Assembly: GCA_964291415.2 (NCBI GenBank)
Contig: OZ219918.1
Span: forward strand, 480,001-544,000
From: Alphaproteobacteria bacterium
GTDB taxonomy: Bacteria > Pseudomonadota > Alphaproteobacteria > SP197
Reading direction: 5' to 3'
DNA: 64,000 nt
The notes below the pieces were generated by a model. That model was not told the DNA's origin. It saw only the letters and a list, made by a program, of their open reading frames with translations, and searched no databases. A program made the translations under genes and the position numbers. This document shows positions 10,508-20,572 of this stretch, in pieces. How positions within the stretch are numbered: the first letter of the stretch is position 1; each line of letters opens with the position of its first letter.

Positions 10508-10936
10508 ATGGTGGCGCACGAACGCTTCCGGGTCTTCGACACCGACCAGTGGTATCGCGGTCAGCAGAAACTGGGATCGCGCCTCGCCATGGTGGTGCGC
10601 GCCGGGCGCTGGCTGGCGATACGCGGCCAGACCGGGCACGATCTTGACGGCACGTTCCATGGTCGAGGTGACGTCGCCTGCCAGACCGGGCAGGCGATGA
10701 AGAACCTCAGGACTCTGCTCGCGGAAGCGGGTGGCAACCTCGAGGACGTCTGCAAGGTCCGGCTGTGGGTGAGGGACCGCGCCTTCATCGAACCGGCATC
10801 AAGGGTGCTTGGCCAGCACTTCCGCGGCATTCCCATCATCCTCGATACGGCCGTCATCAGCGCCTTTGCCCGCCCCTGGCTCGACATGGAAATCGACGTC
10901 TGGGCCGTGCTGCAAGACCGGGACAGACAGCGTTGA
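10508..10936 (+). CDS. RidA/YjgF-family protein
   Basis: VVRAGRWLAIRGQTG...QTGQAMKNLRTLLAEAGGNLEDVCKV...ARPWLDMEIDVWA is the Rid fold pattern. It is the 3' part of ORF 9746-10936. Confidence 0.8.
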   Translation: MVAHERFRVFDTDQWYRGQQKLGSRLAMVVRAGRWLAIRGQTGHDLDGTFHGRGDVACQTGQAMKNLRTLLAEAGGNLEDVCKVRLWVRDRAFIEPASRVLGQHFRGIPIILDTAVISAFARPWLDMEIDVWAVLQDRDRQR

Positions 10937-11150
10937 AGAGGAAGTTCCCGGTTTGCGACGGTGGATTGGTTCAGGCACATCGGCTCCTGCTGTCTCTTGA
11001 CCGAAGGGCATCATCGCCGTCCTCATCGTGACCGGATCTCGCCTTTGCTGCATGGCGGGGAGATTGTGGTGTTCAACGTCTGCATCACTTGGTCGATACA
11101 CCGCCGCCACGCTGTCAATGCGATCCACCGAATCACAGGGATGAACGAAG

Positions 11151-11621
11151 TCAATCCGGCTCGCCGTGCTCTGCGTGGTAGCGATGTCGGCCCAGCCGTT
11201 CCTGGTAGTCATGCGTGCGCCAGTCCGCACGGAACAGCCATTGCTCTTCCGACTGCCGTTGGGCGAGGACCGGATCAATCTCCACTTCGTCGAATCCGCT
11301 TCGCCGCGCCATGGCGAATTGATCCGCGAGGATGCGGCCTGCCGCACGCAGCCGGCCCCGGTAGCCCAGCAGCCGCAGGTAGCGAGCGAGCGAGAAGCCC
11401 CGACCGTCCATGTGTGACGGGAAGGCAATGCGAATGAGGGCGATGCGCCCGAAGAGGGGTGCGATGTCTTCGGCCGGCGCGGTGTTCTCGACATCCAGCG
11501 CCGCGCAATCAGGCAGAGCGCCGTGGCCGTCATCTCCAGGCCACTGGACAAATTCACCGCGCCAGTCGTCGTCCTGGAACCCTGTATCGCGGACAAGAAT
11601 TCCGGAGTTTCGGCGTTCCAT
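11151..11621 (-). CDS. DUF934 family protein (CysI-associated)
   Basis: IAFPSHMDGRGFSLARYLRLLGYRGRLRAAGRILADQFAMARRSGFD. Lies directly downstream of cysI. Confidence 0.88.
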   Translation of the reverse strand: MERRNSGILVRDTGFQDDDWRGEFVQWPGDDGHGALPDCAALDVENTAPAEDIAPLFGRIALIRIAFPSHMDGRGFSLARYLRLLGYRGRLRAAGRILADQFAMARRSGFDEVEIDPVLAQRQSEEQWLFRADWRTHDYQERLGRHRYHAEHGEPD

Positions 11622-11624
11622 GGG

Positions 11625-13295
11625 CTAGCGTCCCGCGGCCAGGGCGGTGTCGGAATAGAGCGCCGCCTTGAAGGGCTGCATGCCGACGCGCCGGTAGGTG
11701 GCGAGAAAGGCCTCATCATCGTTCGTGCGGAGTTCGAGGTAGGTGTCGATCAGCCGCTCCACGGCAGGAACGACGTCGTCCGCCGCAAACCCGGGACCTG
11801 TGCGTTCGCCGAGCGAGGCCGTTTCCGTTCCGTCGCCACCGAGAGTGATCTGGTAGTTCTCGACGCCGGCGCGATCAAGGCCGAGAATGCCGATGTGTCC
11901 GACATGATGGTGTCCGCAGGCGTTGATGCAGCCCGATATCTTGATCTTGAGATCGCCGATCCGGCGTTCGTCCTCGCGCTCCTTCATTCGAGTGGCAATA
12001 CCCTGGGCGATCGGAATGGAGCGGGCGGTGGCGAGATTGCAGTAGTCCATTCCCGGGCAGGCTATGATGTCCGATGCCAGCCCGACATTGGCGGTGGCAA
12101 GTTCCGCCTTGCGCAACGCCGCGTGCACCGCCGGTACATCGCGCTTGTGCACGTGGGGCAGAATGCAGTTCTGCTCGTGACTGATCCGGATCTCGTCATG
12201 GCCATAGCCCTCCGCCAGGTCGGCGATGACGCGCATCTGCTCTGCCGTGGCATCGCCCGGAGTGGCGCCGTGGGCCTTGAGCGAGATGGTGACGATCGCG
12301 TACCCGGGATTTCGGTGCGCATGGAGATTGGTATCGACGAACGACCGGAAGACCGGATCGCGCGCGAGCGCCGTGTCGAATGCACCGGTTGGCGCCTCGA
12401 TGAAGGCCGGAGCGGCGAACATCGCGTCAATACGCCTGAGGAGAGCACGGTCCGCGCCTGCGAATGCGTCCCGCTGAATCCGGAAGCGTTGCTCGACGCT
12501 CTCGCGAAAGGCCTCGATCCCGTGCTCGCTGACCGTGATCTTGATGCGCGCCTTGTAGATGTTGTCGCGGCGCCCGACGGCGTTGTAGACCTGCAGGATG
12601 GACTCGATGTAGGGCAACAGGTCCGCCTCGGGCAGGAAGTCGCGGATGACCGTACCGATCATCGGGGTGCGCCCGAGGCCACCGCCGACGCAGACCTCGA
12701 AGCCGGACTCGCCTGAACCATTGCGGATCATGCGGAGTCCGATGTCGTGCGCCCGGGTCACGGCGCGGTCGATGGGGGATCCACTCACCGCGATCTTGAA
12801 TTTCCTGGGCAGGAACGCGAATTCCGGGTGATCGGTCGACCACTGCCGCAGCAGTTCGGCGGTCGGGCGCGGATCGGCGATTTCGTCGGCGGCCGCGCCG
12901 GCGAAGTGATCGGCGGTGACGTTGCGAACGCAGTTGCCGGATGTCTGGATCGCATGCATCTCCACGTCCGCGAGAGCGTCGAGGATATCCGGCACGTCCT
13001 TCAGCCTGGGCCAGTTGAACTGGATGTTCTGGCGTGTCGTGAAGTGTCCGTATCCCTTGTCCCAGCGTTCCGCGATGTGGGCCAGCTGCCGCATCTGTCG
13101 GCCGTCGAGCGTTCCGTAGGGGATGGCGACGCGAAGCATGTAGGCGTGCAGCTGCAGGTAGAGTCCGTTCATCAGCCGCAGCGGCTTGAATTCCTCCTCG
13201 GTCAGGGAGCCCTCAATGCGGCGTTCCACCTGCTGGCGGAACTGTGCCACCCGAGCGCGCACGAATTCCCGGTCGAAGCTGTCGTATCTGTACAT
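11625..13295 (-). CDS. cysI: Sulfite reductase hemoprotein (nitrite/sulfite reductase family)
   Basis: RLMNGLYLQLHAYMLRVAIPYG, HFTTRQNIQ, LPRKFKIA, and siroheme/4Fe-4S ligands ACPGMDYCNLA and SGCINACG. Confidence 0.95.
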   Translation of the reverse strand: MYRYDSFDREFVRARVAQFRQQVERRIEGSLTEEEFKPLRLMNGLYLQLHAYMLRVAIPYGTLDGRQMRQLAHIAERWDKGYGHFTTRQNIQFNWPRLKDVPDILDALADVEMHAIQTSGNCVRNVTADHFAGAAADEIADPRPTAELLRQWSTDHPEFAFLPRKFKIAVSGSPIDRAVTRAHDIGLRMIRNGSGESGFEVCVGGGLGRTPMIGTVIRDFLPEADLLPYIESILQVYNAVGRRDNIYKARIKITVSEHGIEAFRESVEQRFRIQRDAFAGADRALLRRIDAMFAAPAFIEAPTGAFDTALARDPVFRSFVDTNLHAHRNPGYAIVTISLKAHGATPGDATAEQMRVIADLAEGYGHDEIRISHEQNCILPHVHKRDVPAVHAALRKAELATANVGLASDIIACPGMDYCNLATARSIPIAQGIATRMKEREDERRIGDLKIKISGCINACGHHHVGHIGILGLDRAGVENYQITLGGDGTETASLGERTGPGFAADDVVPAVERLIDTYLELRTNDDEAFLATYRRVGMQPFKAALYSDTALAAGR

Positions 13296-13298
13296 GCG

Positions 13299-13601
13299 TC
13301 AACTCCCCGCCTGCTTGCCGTGGCAGTAGTTGGAGGGCCCCGTTGCGCGAAGAACCTCCCGGACATGGATAGGTTCCGGCCCCAGACGACGTCCGGGCGC
13401 GGCCACCGCCAGATAGGGACCGACGATGGCATCTTCCTGCGCCTCGGCCGCCGCAAGGCTTCGGTTCGCTTCGTCCTCGTCCTCGAAGAGGCGCGCGTCG
13501 CCTGGGCGGCGCGTCCATGCGCCATCGCGCGCAAGGTAGACGACTTCGCCATCAAGGAGGTCGTTTGCGGTCAGAACGCAGGGCCTGAAAGAGCGGGCCA
13601 T
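13299..13601 (-). CDS. DUF2849 family protein
   Basis: VLTANDLLDGEVVYL...VGPYL...HVREVLRATGPS. Occupies its usual position between cysG and cysI. Confidence 0.88.
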   Translation of the reverse strand: MARSFRPCVLTANDLLDGEVVYLARDGAWTRRPGDARLFEDEDEANRSLAAAEAQEDAIVGPYLAVAAPGRRLGPEPIHVREVLRATGPSNYCHGKQAGS

Positions 13602-15004
13602 CAGACAGCCTCCCGGCGGACGCCGAAGCCGGCTTCAGCCCTCCGCGTGGCGACGCGTGGCAGGATGCCGAGCATCAGCACCACCGGTCCCTCAGGGCGT
13701 GCCTCGTCCAGCGCGTCGGGCAGGCCGAGCAGCGTCGTCGCGACGATCCGCTTGTCCTGACGCGAGGCGTTCTCGACGATCGTGACCGGGGTTGACGGCG
13801 CAGCCCCGCGCATCAGCAGTCGCCCGCGCAGGAAGGCGGCCGCCCGCTTGCCCATGTAGATCGCGGCGACGGACCCGGGCCGGGCAAGGGCAGCCCAGTC
13901 ATGCTCGGCGAACCCGTCAACATCGTGGGCCGTGATGAGGCGAAGTTCCGAATTGCGTCCACGCCGTGTGAGCGAGACCCCCATGTCTGCAGCCGCCCCG
14001 GCGGCGGCCGTGATTCCTGGAACAACCTCCCAGGGGATCTGCGCAGCCTCCAGCGCCTCGATCTCTTCGTCCAGCCTGCCAAGCACCGCCGGATCGCCGG
14101 ACTTGAGGCGGATCACGTGCTGTCCTTTCCGGGCGCGACGTACCAGCAGCGCGTTGATGCGCGCTTGTGACCACGACGGGCCGTATCCCGATTTGCCTGC
14201 GCAGACGCGCTCTGCCTCCCGACGTGCGAGCTCAAGCACCTGCGCGGAGACCAGCCGGTCATGCACCACGATGTCCGCCTCATGCAGAAGGTTGCGCGCC
14301 TTGAGCGTGAGCAGTTCCGGATCTCCCGGTCCGGCGCCAACGAAGGAGACCAGTCCGGGAGGGTGGTCCGCGATTGCCGCCTCGTCGAGCAGCGAACGGA
14401 GCGTTTCGCGGGCACCGTTCCTGCCCTCCCTGGCATAGCTTCGAGGGCCGCGCCGGAAGAAGTACTCGGACCAGAGCGCCCGTCGCATCCGGCCCGTAGG
14501 CACGCTCTCGCACCTGTGCCGGAATGCCTGTCCGATGCGCGCGAGAGGCCCGAGGCAAGTCGGCAGCTGCGCCTCGATTGCCGCCTTGAGGTTTCGGGCC
14601 AGTACGGGAGCCGTCCCTTCGGTTCCAATGGCCACCGTGACCGGATCGCGATCCACGATGGCGGGCGTGATGAAGTCGCTGCCTTCGAGATTGTCGACAA
14701 TGTTGACGGGGATCCCGTGCCGCCGCGCCAGCGCGGCAGCGCGCGCATCCTCCGTGGAATCACGGTTCGCGCAGTAGATGAGTGCCGCACCGGCGAGATC
14801 GCCGGATTCCACGCGACGCGCATTGTGGCGCAACGCGCCTTCACGGTGCCATGCCAGGATTTCAGGATCCGGGTCCGGGCCGAACACGGAGATCCTGGCA
14901 TCGCTCTTCAGAAGCAGGCGCAGCTTGGCCACCGCAACCTGCCCGATGCCGGAGACGACGACGCGCCGGCCCGCGAGGCGAAGGAAGATCGGAAAATGCT
15001 GCAC
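13601..15004 (-). CDS. cysG: Siroheme synthase
   Basis: N-terminal dehydrogenase/ferrochelatase (FPIFL, NIVDN, PAIVDR) fused to SUMT (VGAGPGDPELLTLKA, RLKSGDP, VPGITAA). Confidence 0.95.
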   Translation of the reverse strand: MQHFPIFLRLAGRRVVVSGIGQVAVAKLRLLLKSDARISVFGPDPDPEILAWHREGALRHNARRVESGDLAGAALIYCANRDSTEDARAAALARRHGIPVNIVDNLEGSDFITPAIVDRDPVTVAIGTEGTAPVLARNLKAAIEAQLPTCLGPLARIGQAFRHRCESVPTGRMRRALWSEYFFRRGPRSYAREGRNGARETLRSLLDEAAIADHPPGLVSFVGAGPGDPELLTLKARNLLHEADIVVHDRLVSAQVLELARREAERVCAGKSGYGPSWSQARINALLVRRARKGQHVIRLKSGDPAVLGRLDEEIEALEAAQIPWEVVPGITAAAGAAADMGVSLTRRGRNSELRLITAHDVDGFAEHDWAALARPGSVAAIYMGKRAAAFLRGRLLMRGAAPSTPVTIVENASRQDKRIVATTLLGLPDALDEARPEGPVVLMLGILPRVATRRAEAGFGVRREAV

Positions 15005-15150
15005 GGTGACTGCCCGTTACCGTTTTCGCTTGGTGTCAGCGAAGTGTACAGATTTTCTAAACGATTGACAGACAGTCCGGAAAATATGGACAGAATTCAA
15101 GACTGGTGGTTAGCTACAGAAATAACTCTCCATTTGTGACGGAGGCGGCG

Positions 15151-15627
15151 ATGACTGTCCAGCTCGATGGCGTCGATCGGAACATTCTTGCAGCGATGCA
15201 GGAGGACGCTTCGCGCTCCCTCGACGACATCGCGGAGAGAGCCGGCGCGTCGCGGACGTCGGTATGGCACAGGATACGAAAGCTCCGCGCAGCCGGGATC
15301 ATTCGGCAGAACACGGTTCTCCTCGACCCCGACAAGCTGGGGCTGGAGGCGTGCTTTTTCGTGCTCATCCGAACCTCCGAACATCAAAAGGACTGGCAGG
15401 AGCGGTTTCTGGAGACGCTGAAGGGGCGCCCGGAGGTACTGGAGGCCCACCGCCTGGCGGGTGATGTCGACTACATCCTGAAAGTCCGCGTGAGAAACGC
15501 CCGGGCCTATGACGATTTCTACCAGGCGCTCATTTCCCAGGTGAAGGTCTTCAACATCACGTCCCTTCTGTCCATGGAGGAGATCAAGTCGACGACCGAG
15601 TTGCCTCTCCGTGGGCAGGACGATTGA
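15151..15627 (+). CDS. Lrp/AsnC family transcriptional regulator (DecR-like), divergent from cysG
   Basis: LDGVDRNILAAMQEDA HTH and PEVLEAHRLAGDVDYILKV. RBS GGAGG precedes ATG 15151. Confidence 0.9.
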   Translation: MTVQLDGVDRNILAAMQEDASRSLDDIAERAGASRTSVWHRIRKLRAAGIIRQNTVLLDPDKLGLEACFFVLIRTSEHQKDWQERFLETLKGRPEVLEAHRLAGDVDYILKVRVRNARAYDDFYQALISQVKVFNITSLLSMEEIKSTTELPLRGQDD

Positions 15628-15852
15628 GGACGAACCCCGGTTTGTGCATGGCCGGGCCGCGGATCATCGCCTGCCCTGGCGCCGGTTGTCCCGACGGGTT
15701 CGGCGACGATGTCGAGATGCCGGCGGAGGCTGCCGCGCAGCCCGGCAGGCAAGTGGATCGAAAGGACCCTCTTCGTTCCGGTTGCCCTGATACGGCAATC
15801 CTTCCACCATGGACGGATGGATCGGGACACACCGTCAGCAAAGGCAAGACCC

Positions 15853-17226
15853 ATGATGTACAAGTCCCCGCCGTCGAAGGCACCATCCGCGAACCGTCCT
15901 GGCCTGCCTGACATCGGCCGTCGCTCGTTCCTTGCCGGTCTTGGCGCGACGATGGTCGCGCCTCGCCTTGCATACGCCCAGTTTCCATCCAATCCCGATG
16001 TGATCGTAATCGGAGCGGGAACCGCGGGACTGGCAGCGACCCAGGTGCTCATGGACCATGGCCTCGAGGCCCTGCTCATCGAGGCTTCCGGCAGGATTGG
16101 CGGACGCGCCTACACCGAGACGACGACCTTCGGCGTGCCTTACGACCACGGTGCGCACTGGCTCCATGTTGCTGCAAGCAACCCATTCGTGGCCTACGGT
16201 CGCAAGCATGGCTTCGACGTCTACCCGGCCTCGGACACCTACCGTGTGTTCGACGACGGTCGTGAACTGGACGACCAGGAGCAGGACACGCTCTGGAATG
16301 CCTGGGGCGAGCTCTACCGAGCCATCGGCGCCGAGGGCGAAAGAGGCAACGATATCTCCGCCGCCGAGGCTGCGGCCGGAATCGAGGGTCCCTGGTCGGC
16401 GACGGCGGCTTTCGGCATCGGACCCTGGAGCATGGGCAAGGATCTCGAGGACTTCTCCGTCGTCGACTGGTGGAGCGGCGCCGACGGAGCGGACTGGTTC
16501 TGCCGCGAGGGATTTGGCGCCCTGATAGCCCACTGGGCCGGTAACGTTCCGGTGTCGCTCAACACCAGGGCCACACGCATCGACTGGAGCGCGGATGGGG
16601 TCATCGTCGAGACGGACCAGGGCTTGATTCGCGCCCGCGCCGTCATCGTTACGGTATCGACCGGTGTCCTGGCGTCCGGCGCCATCAATTTTTCTCCGGT
16701 GCTTCCGGCGCCCAAGACGGAGTCCTTCGAGAGGGTCTCCATGGGGCTCTACAACCATATCGCGCTGCAGTTTTCCGAGGATGTCTTCGGCATGGGTCCC
16801 GACGGCTATCTCGTGTTCCGCGTGGACGATGACCGCAGGGGCTTCGGTGTGCTCACGAACGCCGGCGGGCACGGACTTGCCTACTGCGATGTCGGTGGCA
16901 GCTGGGCCCGTGATCTTGAACGGGAATCGCCGCAAGCCCGCATCGACTACGCCATGGGCGAACTGCGCGGCATGCTGGGAACCGGTATCGACAACCACTT
17001 CGTGAAGGGAGCGGTCACATCATGGGGCCGGAACCCGCTGACCCTGGGCTCCTACGCCTCGGCCGAACCAGGGGCTCATGCCCTGAGGTCCGTGTTGCGG
17101 CAACCGGTGGGCGAGCGGATCTTCTTCGCGGGCGAGGCCTGCCACCGGTCCCTGTGGGCGACGGCCGCGGGCGCGCGACTCTCGGGCGAGGAGGTCGCCC
17201 GCGATGTGGCCCGCAACCTCAACTAG
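15853..17226 (+). CDS. Tat-exported flavin monoamine oxidase family protein
   Basis: Twin-arginine signal GRRSFLAGLGA...AYA, then VIGAGTAG, EASGRIGGR, DHGAHW, GSYA, FFAGEA. Confidence 0.85.
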   Translation: MMYKSPPSKAPSANRPGLPDIGRRSFLAGLGATMVAPRLAYAQFPSNPDVIVIGAGTAGLAATQVLMDHGLEALLIEASGRIGGRAYTETTTFGVPYDHGAHWLHVAASNPFVAYGRKHGFDVYPASDTYRVFDDGRELDDQEQDTLWNAWGELYRAIGAEGERGNDISAAEAAAGIEGPWSATAAFGIGPWSMGKDLEDFSVVDWWSGADGADWFCREGFGALIAHWAGNVPVSLNTRATRIDWSADGVIVETDQGLIRARAVIVTVSTGVLASGAINFSPVLPAPKTESFERVSMGLYNHIALQFSEDVFGMGPDGYLVFRVDDDRRGFGVLTNAGGHGLAYCDVGGSWARDLERESPQARIDYAMGELRGMLGTGIDNHFVKGAVTSWGRNPLTLGSYASAEPGAHALRSVLRQPVGERIFFAGEACHRSLWATAAGARLSGEEVARDVARNLN

Positions 17227-17417
17227 ACATCATGGATCGACCTGCTCTCGTTGATGTCGCTCGGCACTCTCGCAATCCTCACCCACGATCCTCGAGGCCG
17301 GGTCGGTCCAGGCTTGCTGCCCGGGATTGCACGGCATTTTCCTGTCCGGCAGGGAAGGTAGCCCTGGTCGCGTTCCGGTGATTGCCTTGCCGGCCCTGGC
17401 ACAGTAATCCTTCCGTC

Positions 17418-17843
17418 ATGGGCGGATGGATCGAGACGCACCGTTCGATGGTGACGGCATGGGACTGTGACCACCAGGGCCACATGAATGCCGTCCAGTA
17501 TTATGCCAAGTTCGACATGGCGGGCTGGCACATGATCCAGCGCTCGGGCGTCACGCGGGAAAGGCTGGAGGCGGACAACCTGGGATTTGTCGATGTCCGC
17601 GTGGAGATCGACTTCGTGGGCGAAATGGTCGTCAACGATCCCCTGGTCATCGAGTCGGGTGTCGAGAAACTGGGCAACTCCTCGCTCACCTTCCGTTCGA
17701 CGATGCGCCATGCCACGACCGGTGCGGTGACGGCGCGCTTGCGGTGCACGACACTGTGCTTCGATCTCGCGGAACGGGTCAAGAAGACCATTCCCGACGA
17801 TATTCGCGCCCATCTCGAACCTCTGGTCATCGGGGATGACTGA
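17418..17843 (+). CDS. Acyl-CoA thioesterase (4HBT/hotdog fold)
   Basis: WDCDHQGHMNAVQY and GNSSLTF motifs. Confidence 0.82.
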   Translation: MGGWIETHRSMVTAWDCDHQGHMNAVQYYAKFDMAGWHMIQRSGVTRERLEADNLGFVDVRVEIDFVGEMVVNDPLVIESGVEKLGNSSLTFRSTMRHATTGAVTARLRCTTLCFDLAERVKKTIPDDIRAHLEPLVIGDD

Positions 17844-19317
17844 TACCAGGCGCCTCGCCACGGTGCTGGCCGCCTGCTGCGCTCTCGTCCTGACGGCGGC
17901 GGGGTGCACGAACAATCCCGCCACCGGTGGATCGATGTTCTCGCTGGTCAGCGAAAACGAGGAACGGGCGATCGGCGCCGAACACCACCCGGAGATCCTC
18001 AACGAGTACGGTCTCTACGAGGAATTTCCCCGGATCAACGCCTATGTGGCCATGGTGTCCGCCCGGATGCTGGCGGCATCGGACATCTCCTCCCAGGTGC
18101 TCACGGTGACGGTTCTCGATTCAGATGTGGTCAACGCCTTCGCCCTGCCGGGTGGCTACATCTACGTGACACGCGGGCTTCTGGCACTCGCCAACAACGA
18201 GGCCGAGCTTGCCGGCGTGATCGGTCACGAGATCGGCCATGTCGCCGCCCGCCATACGGCGCAGCGTCTCACCTGGGCCCGGGTTGCCGGTGTCGCCGTC
18301 ACGGTGGTCGATGCATCGACCTCCCATCTCGGCTACGGCGGGCTGGCCACCGACCTCAGCGGGTTGGCCGCCCGTGGGGTCATCGCCGGTTTCAGCCGCG
18401 AGCAGGAGATTGAATCCGACACTCTCGGGGTCCGCTACCTTGCCCGTGCCGGTTACGATCCATACGCCATGGCAACCTTTCTCGGACATCTGGAGCGGCA
18501 CTCGGAACTGCGAGACGCGCTATCGCCTCTCGATCGCGATCCGTCGTTGCTGACGCGCTGGTTTGCGACCCATCCCCGGACAGCCGACCGTGTTGTCCTT
18601 GCCGCGCGCGAGGCCCGGTCCGAGGCCGACACGCGCAGCCTCGACCGGGACCCCTATCTGCGGATGATCGACGGCATCGCCTACGGCGAGCGGGCGGACG
18701 AGGGACGCATCCTCGAACGCCGCTTCGTGCATCCGACATGGCGATTTGCCTTCGATGTACCGGAAGGTCTGGCGATGTTCCGGGTGAACGGCCAGGTGCG
18801 TGCCTACGACGATGCCGGCGCCCTTGTCGCGTTCGATGGCGTCGAGGAGATCCACCGCGGCGCGACATCCCACCTCCTCGGGTGGGCGGACGAACTTCGC
18901 GTGAGGATCGACGACCCCGTGGCCTTCGAAGTCGCGGGGTTCCAGGCAGCCGGAGGACGTTTCCGCGCTTCCTCCGATGGCACTGTCAGGCACTACCGGA
19001 TCGTGGCGATCGCCCTCAACCCGGGCCGGGTAGCCAGGTTCCTGTTTGCCGTGCCGGCGGGCGGGGCCGGCGACGTTGACGATCTGGCAGAGCAGACGCT
19101 GGCGAGTTTCAGGCGGTTGTCGGCGGATGAGGCTGATGCGACCGGCCCGTTGCGTGTCAGGGTCGTCGAGGTCGCTCCGGGTGACAGCATCGATTCACTG
19201 AGCCGGATGATGGCGTTCGAGGACCACCGCCGGGAACGGTTCATGGCCCTCAACGGATTCGACGAGGACGCCGACCTTGCTCCCGGCATGCTGGTCAAGG
19301 TGGTCCGTCTCGAGTGA
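17836..19317 (+). CDS. M48 family Zn metalloprotease lipoprotein with a C-terminal LysM-like domain
   Basis: Lipobox AAGC, NAFALPGG, HEIGH (HExxH), FATHP, and C-terminal VAPGDSIDSLS...LNG. Confidence 0.88.
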   Translation: MTDTRRLATVLAACCALVLTAAGCTNNPATGGSMFSLVSENEERAIGAEHHPEILNEYGLYEEFPRINAYVAMVSARMLAASDISSQVLTVTVLDSDVVNAFALPGGYIYVTRGLLALANNEAELAGVIGHEIGHVAARHTAQRLTWARVAGVAVTVVDASTSHLGYGGLATDLSGLAARGVIAGFSREQEIESDTLGVRYLARAGYDPYAMATFLGHLERHSELRDALSPLDRDPSLLTRWFATHPRTADRVVLAAREARSEADTRSLDRDPYLRMIDGIAYGERADEGRILERRFVHPTWRFAFDVPEGLAMFRVNGQVRAYDDAGALVAFDGVEEIHRGATSHLLGWADELRVRIDDPVAFEVAGFQAAGGRFRASSDGTVRHYRIVAIALNPGRVARFLFAVPAGGAGDVDDLAEQTLASFRRLSADEADATGPLRVRVVEVAPGDSIDSLSRMMAFEDHRRERFMALNGFDEDADLAPGMLVKVVRLE

Positions 19318-20554
19318 CCGGCCCGGCCCGGTCGAGCATGGCATGGAGCAGGACGTTGCACCCCGCCGCGAGATCACCGGGTGTGGCATGTTCGATCTCA
19401 TTGTGACTGATGCCCCCCTCGCAGGGAACAAAGATCATGGCCGTTGGCGCCACCCGGCTGACGTAGACGGAATCGTGACCGGCGCCCGATACCATGTCCA
19501 TGTGATCGCAGCCTGCCAGCACCGCAGCGCGGCGTACCGCATCGACACACCCTGCATCGAATGCGACGGGAGGTGACGACCAGATCTTCTCCACCTCGAT
19601 CGTGACACCGGTGGCCGATGCCGTGCGTGCCGCGATCTCGCGGAGGGTTCTTGCCATCCGTTCGTAGGCCACCTTGTCGGGATGCCTGAGATCGACGGTC
19701 AGAGCCACCTCTCCGGCGATGGTGTTACGGGTGCCGGACGGCATGCAGCTCTCGATCTTGCACGTGGCGCGGCCGTGAGGCGCTTCGACAAGGGCAAGGC
19801 CATTGATCTCCCCGATCAGTGCGGCCGCCGCAACGACGGCGTCGCGGCGCATCTCCATCGGAGTGGGCCCTGCATGGGCTTCCATGCCGGCAAGGCGAAC
19901 GTCGAACCAGTGCAGTCCCTGGACACCCGTCACGACACCGACGGTCTTGCCCGTTGCCTCGAGGATGGGTCCCTGTTCGATGTGGGCCTCGAAATGGCCC
20001 CCCAGCTGATGACTGCCTGGTTCCTCGTCCCCGAGGTAGCCGATGCGTTCGAGTTCCCCGCCAAGGGTCTTGCCGTCGGCATCGGTTCGCGAATGCCCGT
20101 ATTCGAGGCTGAACTCCCCGGAGAACACGGCCGAACCGATCATCGCAGGAGCAAACCGTGCTCCTTCCTCGTTGGTCCAGCAAATCACCTCGATGGGCGC
20201 CTCCGTCTCGATCTCGGCATCGTTGAGCGTGCGTACGACCTCGAGTCCGGCGAGTACGCCATAGACTCCGTCGAACTTGCCGCCGGTGGGCTGGGTATCG
20301 AGATGGCTTCCGGTGGAGACGGCAAGGGCCTGCGGGTTCGTGCCCGGGCGTCGGGCAAAGATGTTCCCCATGCGGTCGACGCGGCATGTCATGCCGGCCG
20401 CCTCGCACCAGCGAACAAAGAGATCGCGCCCTTCGCGGTCGTCGTCGGTCAGCGCGAGACGGCAGTTGCCGCCCTTCGGGGTGGCCGCGATCCGGGCCAT
20501 TTCCATGATGGCGTCCCACAGGCGTTCGCCGTCGATTCTCAGATTGCCGGTCAT
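19295..20554 (-). CDS. Zn-dependent N-carbamoyl-amino acid hydrolase / beta-ureidopropionase (M20 family)
   Basis: GSHLDTQPTGGKFDG, WTNEEGARF, EAHIEQGP, AHAGPTPM, SGAGHD, SHNEIE. Confidence 0.92.
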   Translation of the reverse strand: MTGNLRIDGERLWDAIMEMARIAATPKGGNCRLALTDDDREGRDLFVRWCEAAGMTCRVDRMGNIFARRPGTNPQALAVSTGSHLDTQPTGGKFDGVYGVLAGLEVVRTLNDAEIETEAPIEVICWTNEEGARFAPAMIGSAVFSGEFSLEYGHSRTDADGKTLGGELERIGYLGDEEPGSHQLGGHFEAHIEQGPILEATGKTVGVVTGVQGLHWFDVRLAGMEAHAGPTPMEMRRDAVVAAAALIGEINGLALVEAPHGRATCKIESCMPSGTRNTIAGEVALTVDLRHPDKVAYERMARTLREIAARTASATGVTIEVEKIWSSPPVAFDAGCVDAVRRAAVLAGCDHMDMVSGAGHDSVYVSRVAPTAMIFVPCEGGISHNEIEHATPGDLAAGCNVLLHAMLDRAGPVTRDGPP

Positions 20555-20572
20555 GTTCCTTGTCTTTGCCGG

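Noticed and set aside
10937-11150. Riboswitch or ncRNA between the RidA gene and DUF934
   Set aside because: It lies between convergent 3' ends, and I could not recognise any aptamer consensus.
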